Below are positions 26,357 to 32,000 of a DNA stretch of 32,000 nt, one piece after another (position 1 is the stretch's first letter; the number at the start of each line of letters is the position of its first letter). The notes under the pieces are model-generated. The model was not told the origin of the DNA. It saw nothing but the letters and a program-made list of their open reading frames with translations, and searched no databases. The DNA is from Candidatus Paracaedimonas acanthamoebae. Lineage in GTDB: Bacteria; Pseudomonadota; Alphaproteobacteria; Caedimonadales; Caedimonadaceae. A program made the position numbers and the translations under genes. Location of the stretch: NCBI GenBank assembly GCA_000743035.1, contig CP008936.1:1230001-1262000 (forward strand), written 5' to 3'.

Positions 26357-27367
26357 ATGCTTACTAAGAAGCCTATTGCACAAGGGAAACTTGACCTTAT
26401 TGAAGTCTATTCTAAAGCGCTTGAGAATAATTTATTAGGAGATTCAGCTGTCCGCCAATGTCCTGTTTATCTCCCGCCTGAGTATCACCCCGAAAAAAGC
26501 TACCCACTTATTATTGAGCTCGCTGCATTTGGTAATTCTGGGCTAGGACGCATTGGATGGCAAGGCTTTCGAGAATCAATGCCCGCACGTCTTGATCGTC
26601 TTATTACAGAAGGCATGCCACCTATTATTGTTGCTTTTCCTGATTGTTTCACCTCTCTTGGAGGCAATCAATACATCAATAGCTCCGCTCTTGGGAATTA
26701 TGAGGATTTCTTAAAAGAAGATTTGCTTTCAGCCTTAGAAGCTAATTTTCCTTGCGGAGGACCAGGGCGCCGAGGGTTGATCGGAAAATCTTCTGGTGGA
26801 TATGGTGCCCTTGTTAATGGAATACGTCATCCCGCAATATGGTCAGCTATTGCCTGTCATTCAGGAGATGTAGGGTTTGAATGGGTTTATCTCCCTGAAA
26901 TAGCTAAAGCTTTAATGACGCTCGAGAATTACGGGGGCTCTTATGAAAATTTTCTATGCAAGATTCAGACATCGCCCAAATTAAAAGGAAATGACTTTAC
27001 CACGCTTATGATCTTAGCGATGGCTGCCAGCTATGACCCTAATCCTAATGAATATTGCGGTATTCAACTACCTGTTACAAAGAAAACAGCCGAATTAATT
27101 CCTGAGCGTTGGCAAAATTGGCTTCAATGGGACCCTTTAGAAATGATCCCCCATTATCATACAAATCTTAAGTTATTAAAATTCATCTTTATCGACTGCG
27201 GTATCTACGACCAATACTACCTTCATTTTGGTGCTAGGCGACTGAATTCATTATTAAATGATTATCAGATCCCTCATATTTTCGAAGAATTTCCTGATAA
27301 TCATTCTGGCCTTGATTATCGCCTTGATCGTAGTTTACCTCTCATGGCTCAAGCTTTAAGCGCTTAA
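26357..27367 (+). CDS. alpha/beta hydrolase, putative esterase family
   Basis: 336 aa. Nucleophile elbow GKSSGGYGAL, downstream His/Asp candidates, and an overall pattern like the esterase D/enterochelin-esterase-type putative esterase family. Confidence 0.7.
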   Translation: MLTKKPIAQGKLDLIEVYSKALENNLLGDSAVRQCPVYLPPEYHPEKSYPLIIELAAFGNSGLGRIGWQGFRESMPARLDRLITEGMPPIIVAFPDCFTSLGGNQYINSSALGNYEDFLKEDLLSALEANFPCGGPGRRGLIGKSSGGYGALVNGIRHPAIWSAIACHSGDVGFEWVYLPEIAKALMTLENYGGSYENFLCKIQTSPKLKGNDFTTLMILAMAASYDPNPNEYCGIQLPVTKKTAELIPERWQNWLQWDPLEMIPHYHTNLKLLKFIFIDCGIYDQYYLHFGARRLNSLLNDYQIPHIFEEFPDNHSGLDYRLDRSLPLMAQALSA

Positions 27368-28306
27368 GCCTTCTTTTAACCGGACCGCAATTTCATCAAT
27401 AATTTGATTCACCTCAGGCACCGTGCCCGTCATATGCAAGAATGCATGGATCATTGACTCATAGCATTGATAGGTCACAGGGACGCCAAATTGCTTCAAT
27501 TTTTCATAGTAAGCTTGTCCTTCATCCCTTAAAGGGTCAAACCCAGCTGTTACAACATGGGTTGCTGGAAGCCCTGCAAGGTCTTTGGCGCGCAATGGAG
27601 AAGCCATAGGATCATCAACTTCTGCACGCGAATGAAGATAGTGATCAACATAATATTGAACATGCTCAGCACTTAAAAAATATCCATCATTATAGGTGGT
27701 ATAAGAAGGCATACTACATCCCAAATCAAGTGCTGCATACAGGAGGAGCTGAAACTTAGGTAGTTGCTTATTCTCTTTCTTAAGTCTTTGGATAGTTACA
27801 GCCGTCATATTTCCCCCGGCACTATCGCCTCCCATTGCAATGCGATGAGGATCAACATTATAGTTCTTTGGGCCATGGTCTAGAAACCAATGATACGCAT
27901 CCCAACAATCTTCAAGACCTATTGGGAACTTATATTCTGGTGCTAACCGCCATTCAACAGACATGACAATACAATTGGCTTTTAATGCCAGATTTCGACA
28001 GATTGAATCATGTGTCGTAATACTCCCTCTCTGCCAGCCACCTCCATGATAATAAATGAGGGCGGGTAATTGAGTGCCCAGCTGGGGAATATAAATACGG
28101 ATAGGGATTTGTGCACTTCCATTTGAAACAGGAATGGTGAGATCTTCAACTCGTCGCATTCTTAAAGGAATTCCACTTTGCATAATAGAGAAATGCTCAT
28201 AAGCTAAACGCCCAGCCTCAACAGGAATTTGTTTAGGTTGCGTTAACATAAACGCATTAAATTGATCTAAGAACTGTTGAATTTGCGGATTGACCTTTTG
28301 TGTCAT
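27356..28306 (-). CDS. alpha/beta hydrolase fold-3 carboxylesterase/lipase (HSL family)
   Basis: Oxyanion motif YYHGGGW, nucleophile motif GGDSAGGN, catalytic Asp region DPLRDEG and His in MIHAF. Confidence 0.85.
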   Translation of the reverse strand: MTQKVNPQIQQFLDQFNAFMLTQPKQIPVEAGRLAYEHFSIMQSGIPLRMRRVEDLTIPVSNGSAQIPIRIYIPQLGTQLPALIYYHGGGWQRGSITTHDSICRNLALKANCIVMSVEWRLAPEYKFPIGLEDCWDAYHWFLDHGPKNYNVDPHRIAMGGDSAGGNMTAVTIQRLKKENKQLPKFQLLLYAALDLGCSMPSYTTYNDGYFLSAEHVQYYVDHYLHSRAEVDDPMASPLRAKDLAGLPATHVVTAGFDPLRDEGQAYYEKLKQFGVPVTYQCYESMIHAFLHMTGTVPEVNQIIDEIAVRLKEGLSA

Positions 28307-28542
28307 TTGAAACCTCCATCTCTCTATTAATAGAACTGCCGCAAGGATAGTATCCCATAAGATGATTAGAAATTATTGAATAAATACTTTCAAATCCACT
28401 TTAAGAATAAGACCCTGTGGGCTTTAATTTGAACTTTCTATTTTTCTTATTTAATCAATAAACTACAAAAGGCTTAAGAAATTATTGATAGAAAGATATT
28501 AAATGTTAAAATTTATAAAAAAGCTCATTTTTTGCTATTTTC

Positions 28543-28571
28543 TTGACATTCACTTTCAAAATATTTATAAG
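28543..28571 (+). promoter_or_regulatory. near-consensus sigma-70 promoter upstream of the DEAD-box helicase
   Basis: TTGACA (28543-28548), exactly 17-nt spacer, TATAAG (28566-28571). This implies a leader of about 160 nt before the ATG at 28741. Confidence 0.5.
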
Positions 28572-28740
28572 CATGGCAAGCGATGAATTTATCATAGCTC
28601 TTTTCAAAGACAATAACTGACCTTGTGTTTGCCGTCATTTTATAGAACTACCGACAAATTCTGCTCTTAAGCATAGAGCGTGGAACTCTCGTTTTTACGC
28701 AGGCTTAATTCATTAATTTTAAATCGGATAGAAACAAGAA

Positions 28741-29835
28741 ATGACAACATTCCAAAGCTTTAACTTACCTTCCTTTCTTTTACAATCTCTCGAGCGTATT
28801 AAGATTAAGACCCCCTCACCTATTCAATCTAAAGCCATTCCAATGGCTATGGAGGGCCACGACTTATTAGCATCCTCGCAAACAGGCAGCGGAAAAACGA
28901 TTGCTTATCTTTTGCCTATGATTACAACTTTAAACACTTCTCAAGGCCGCACAGCTTTAATCTTAACGCCAACTCGAGAATTAGCAATTCAGGTTAAAGA
29001 TTCTCTTATTCAGCTTATGGGGAAAAATCCTTCCTTTAAGATGGCCCTTTTAATTGGTGGACAATCCATGGGGCAACAGTTTGCTCAACTTAAGGCAAAC
29101 CCCAGAGTTGTCATTGGGACCCCTGGTCGCATTATTGACCATTTAAAACGAAATAGTTTAAAGCTTAATAAAACAGGTTTTTTGGTCCTTGATGAAACAG
29201 ATCGCATGCTTGATATGGGCTTTAGCCAACAGCTCGATGTCATTGTAAAGTTTTTACCATCTGAGCGTCAAACACTCATGTTCTCAGCCACAATGCCTTC
29301 AAACATCATAAAGCTTGCGAACAAGTATCTTAATAATCCTCAACGGATTAGTGTTGATCTAAAGGCCCAACCAGCGCCTAAGATTAAGCAACGAGCTATC
29401 TATATCAAATCAACAGAAAAATTTCCTCAACTTTTGAAAGAGCTTAATGAGCGTGAAGGTTCCATTGTTATTTTTGTGAAAACTAAACGCGGAGCTGAAA
29501 AACTTGCAAAACAACTACAAGCTCAAAATCATAATACAGATGCCATTCATGGTGATCTTAATCAAAATAAACGTACTAGAGCGATTGAGGAGTTTCGTAA
29601 GCAAAAAAGCCGTATTATGGTTGCAACAGACATCATTGCTCGTGGCCTAGATGTTCCTCACATTCAACACGTCATTAATTATGACCTGCCATCATGTGCT
29701 GAAGATTACACTCATCGCATTGGAAGAACAGGACGTGCAGGCGCTCATGGACATGCTTTAACGTTAATTTCACCAGATGATAGCCGAAAGTGGAAATCCA
29801 TCCTCAAAACAACCGGCGCACAGATGAGTGCTTGA
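28741..29835 (+). CDS. DEAD/DExD-box ATP-dependent RNA helicase (core only)
   Basis: Q-motif region (F..F.L...PSPIQ), motif I SQTGSGKT, Ia TPTRELA, motif II VLDETD (Thr replaces the canonical Ala), III SAT, VI HRIGRTGRAG. Confidence 0.9.
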   Translation: MTTFQSFNLPSFLLQSLERIKIKTPSPIQSKAIPMAMEGHDLLASSQTGSGKTIAYLLPMITTLNTSQGRTALILTPTRELAIQVKDSLIQLMGKNPSFKMALLIGGQSMGQQFAQLKANPRVVIGTPGRIIDHLKRNSLKLNKTGFLVLDETDRMLDMGFSQQLDVIVKFLPSERQTLMFSATMPSNIIKLANKYLNNPQRISVDLKAQPAPKIKQRAIYIKSTEKFPQLLKELNEREGSIVIFVKTKRGAEKLAKQLQAQNHNTDAIHGDLNQNKRTRAIEEFRKQKSRIMVATDIIARGLDVPHIQHVINYDLPSCAEDYTHRIGRTGRAGAHGHALTLISPDDSRKWKSILKTTGAQMSA

Positions 29836-29856
29836 TTTGTTAAAAAACGATAATTT

Positions 29857-30303
29857 TTAAGCTATCTTGCTTAAACGTCTGCGATGGCGTTCATCTTCTT
29901 CAAAGGCTGTCGCAATAAAAGTTAAGAGCGTGTCTCTAGCCGCCTCTGGGCCAATGAGCCGCTCTCCTAAACACAAAATATTCGCATCATTATGAGCGCG
30001 TGCTAAACGCGCAGAGGTCGTTCCTTCATTGCAAACAGCCGCGCGAATACCTGAATGTCGATTGGCTGCGATACTCATGCCAATCCCCGTCCCACAAATA
30101 AGGACACCTGCCTGTACTTCTTCGTTAAGAAGTGACGTAACAACCTGCTGTGCATAATCAGGATAATCACTTGATTCTTCAGTAAAAGTTCCAAGATCAA
30201 ATACGGCGATATTCAAACTCTCAAGCGTTTTAATTAACGCTTTTTTGAGAGGGAACCCTGCATGATCTGAAGCAATTGCAATTTTTTTAAAAACAGGCGT
30301 CAC
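29857..30303 (-). CDS. rpiB: ribose-5-phosphate isomerase B
   Basis: IAIASDHAGFPLK, DYPDYA, GVLICGTGIGMSIAANR, HNDANILCLGERLIG. GTG start with GGGGAG 4 nt upstream. Confidence 0.9.
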   Translation of the reverse strand: MTPVFKKIAIASDHAGFPLKKALIKTLESLNIAVFDLGTFTEESSDYPDYAQQVVTSLLNEEVQAGVLICGTGIGMSIAANRHSGIRAAVCNEGTTSARLARAHNDANILCLGERLIGPEAARDTLLTFIATAFEEDERHRRRLSKIA

Positions 30304-30313
30304 TCAGCTCCCC

Positions 30314-30667
30314 TTATTCTACTCTCACGGTTTTTTGTCGTTTCCATTCTTTCTCAGCGGCTGTTAAAATTGCTTTTTCAATCGCTTGAGGTGTGCACTT
30401 TTCTTTACAATCTATCCCTTGCGCAAAAATCCCTGTTGAAGATTCACATTTCTTTTGACAGGCAATGACATCTGCCTCAGTAATCTTTAAGGAAGTAGGT
30501 AAAACAACATGATCCCCTTTGGTTTCTTTTATAATTTTTTCAATTTCTTGAGTTGCAGAATAAACCTGAACATGTGTGAGGGGTTCTTTAAGAGAATCTA
30601 GAGGTGATCCTCCAAAAACTGGCATTCCAAATGATAACAAACAAATACTAAAAATAAACTTCATCAC
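30314..30667 (-). CDS. hypothetical periplasmic protein with twin CX3C motif
   Basis: Signal peptide MMKFIFSICLLSFGMPVFG. The only four cysteines of the mature protein form CQKKC-x12-CKEKC. The gene lies 10 nt upstream of rpiB, probably in the same operon. Confidence 0.55.
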   Translation of the reverse strand: MMKFIFSICLLSFGMPVFGGSPLDSLKEPLTHVQVYSATQEIEKIIKETKGDHVVLPTSLKITEADVIACQKKCESSTGIFAQGIDCKEKCTPQAIEKAILTAAEKEWKRQKTVRVE

Positions 30668-30743
30668 CCCTCCTTTAAAATCCTATTTTAGTGTAATCTT
30701 TCTTCTGTTAAAGAGTATACTATATTTTAGAGTTTTTCCTATC

Positions 30744-31082
30744 ATGATGATTATTAAAATTTTAACAGCTCTCAAAGGACGCTTTATAGGCAAGGATGAA
30801 TATGGAAATCAATACTTTGAAGAACGATTTCTTTTCATCAAACCTTTACGACGCCCTCGCCGTTGGGTTCTTTATTCTGGTGAAGTAGAAGCTTCAAAAG
30901 TCCCTGCCGAATGGTATGGTTGGCTCCATTATACCTTAGAAGCCCCTTTACAAAAGCTACCTTACCCATGGCTTCACCCTCACCAAGCCAACAAGACTGG
31001 TACGGATGACGCTTATCATCCCCTGAAAAGAAGAACAAAAAATAAGCTCGACAAGGGATATGAGCCTTGGCAACCTTTATAA
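30744..31082 (+). CDS. NDUFA12-family protein (NADH:ubiquinone oxidoreductase 17.2 kDa subunit-like)
   Basis: Start trimmed to the ATG at 30744. LKGRFIGKDEYGNQYFEE...RRWVLYSGEVEASKVPAEWYGWLHYT is the hallmark of the alphaproteobacterial NDUFA12-like family. The longer ORF from 30576 is antisense to the neighbouring gene. Confidence 0.8.
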   Translation: MMIIKILTALKGRFIGKDEYGNQYFEERFLFIKPLRRPRRWVLYSGEVEASKVPAEWYGWLHYTLEAPLQKLPYPWLHPHQANKTGTDDAYHPLKRRTKNKLDKGYEPWQPL

Positions 31083-31234
31083 TTTCTTTTATATTTTTAT
31101 TATTAATTTAGCCTAAGGATAAGAAGGGGTTCCTAATTGGAAAAAATTGTTCCATTTATAAAAACTTTAGTAAAGATTAATAAGAAAATCCTTTTCAAAC
31201 TTAATAGAGGATTACACGTTTTGGGGTATTCTCG

Positions 31235-31260
31235 TGAGGATTCAAATCCTCATAATTTTT
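31235..31260 (+). terminator. possible intrinsic terminator
   Basis: 7-bp stem tgaggat/atcctca with loop tcaa (31235-31252), followed by taattttt. It lies about 150 nt downstream of the NDUFA12-like stop. Confidence 0.35.
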
Positions 31261-31312
31261 GTTTGATAGAAGACATGCGAAAATTATAGATTGACTTTAC
31301 AGGAGTATAAAT

Positions 31313-32000
31313 ATGTTAAATAAGATGCTTAAAATTATGGCGTGTTGTGTTTTTGCTTGTTCATTGTCGCATGAAGGAAAAGCAAGCCTGGTTGAAAACG
31401 AAGAGATTTTGAGTGATGTTGAGTCACCTCGTCCTACCTCCGCCCCTCTATCAGATATCGAGCTCGCTCAGTCCTCTTCAGACCAAGCATCTCCCTCCTC
31501 TACCGCTCCAACAGATACAAGCATAACCACAGAAGAGCCAACAAGCACTGCTCTTCCCAAAGCAGGAAAAAGACGCACTGTCTTACAACGTAACTCTACA
31601 AGTAGCTCGAAATCTAAAGGTAGCGAGCTAAAGCAAAAAGAGGAAGAGAAAAAAATAGAGGAAGTGAAGCCTGTCGCAAATCTGTCCGCTGATATGACAG
31701 TGGAATCCTCTTCTCCTCAGGCAAACATGTTCGCAGCTTGGGCAAGCTATTTATTACCAACAATTAAACCAGTAAAGTCTCCAACCTTATTTGCGCCAGA
31801 TGAATTTCCTGCTGTTTATATTCTTCTTGCCATGCGCGCCGACGAAATAAAAGGACCAAATGATACTCATTCTATGATTTATATTCCACCTGTGGATATG
31901 TTTATCGGATTTAGAGGCATGTTATATGGCAAAGAAAATGACTTGAAAAAAGCCCTAAAATTTGATGACTTTATAAAAATGCAGAATTTAGAAAATGCCC
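31313..32000 (+). CDS. hypothetical secreted/lipoprotein-like protein, 5-prime partial (runs off window)
   Basis: Not in the ORF track because there is no stop within the window. AGGAG lies 7 nt upstream of the ATG at 31313. The frame is open for all 229 codons to the window end. N-terminus MLNKMLKIMACCVFACSLS, then a Ser/Pro/Thr-rich acidic linker and a basic KQKEEEKKIEE segment. Confidence 0.55.
   Translation, partial: MLNKMLKIMACCVFACSLSHEGKASLVENEEILSDVESPRPTSAPLSDIELAQSSSDQASPSSTAPTDTSITTEEPTSTALPKAGKRRTVLQRNSTSSSKSKGSELKQKEEEKKIEEVKPVANLSADMTVESSSPQANMFAAWASYLLPTIKPVKSPTLFAPDEFPAVYILLAMRADEIKGPNDTHSMIYIPPVDMFIGFRGMLYGKENDLKKALKFDDFIKMQNLENA

Noticed and set aside
30576-30743. N-terminal extension of the NDUFA12-like ORF
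   Set aside because: It is antisense to the 30314-30667 gene and the intergenic promoter region. The family-typical sequence begins at the ATG at 30744.
31235-31252. GAGGATTCAAATCCTC resembles a tRNA T-arm (TTCAAAT loop), suggesting a tRNA gene or tRNA-fragment att site
   Set aside because: The stem/loop register does not give a 5-bp stem with a 7-nt loop. No acceptor, D-arm or anticodon arm can be built from the flanking sequence. It is treated as a simple terminator-like hairpin.
1-32000. Search for CRISPR arrays, IS elements/transposases, integrases, rRNA/tRNA genes and classical defence systems
   Set aside because: None was seen by eye: no regularly spaced direct repeats, no transposase- or integrase-like ORFs, no terminal inverted repeats flanking the islets, and no large ATPase or nuclease defence genes.

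Overview
AT-rich chromosomal segment that looks alphaproteobacterial. The plsY-dprA-topA...rnr arrangement, an NDUFA12-like gene, Sco1/SenC and a thioredoxin-like [2Fe-2S] ferredoxin point that way. The gene content suggests an intracellular or amoeba-associated (Holosporales/Rickettsiales-like) lifestyle, but the taxon is an inference only. Well-conserved housekeeping genes (ftsH, mpg, rnr, topA, dprA, plsY, rlmB-like, sco, rpiB, a DEAD-box helicase) alternate with visibly more AT-rich islets. These islets encode small proteins with Sec-type signal peptides and effector-like domains: Nudix, histidine phosphatase, trypsin-like protease, Sel1 repeats and patatin. The islets also hold several decayed gene remnants. 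No rRNA, tRNA, CRISPR array, IS element or classical defence system was recognised. Four signals stand out. (1) A clear cobalamin (B12) riboswitch on the minus strand (23932-24118) has a matching promoter, a closing P1 helix and a competing hairpin. It drives a 35-codon uORF abutting an MFS transporter, which is a candidate non-canonical corrinoid-responsive transporter. (2) A tight two-gene cassette (7480-8752) encodes signal-peptide proteins; the first ends in an RPD...DxK signature reminiscent of PD-(D/E)xK nuclease-fold toxins. (3) A secreted Nudix gene is bracketed by a lytic transglycosylase gene and a diverged, frameshifted copy of that gene's 3-prime end. (4) A periplasmic twin-CX3C protein lies next to the NDUFA12-like gene. 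All functional calls rest on motif recognition by eye; no database search was run.
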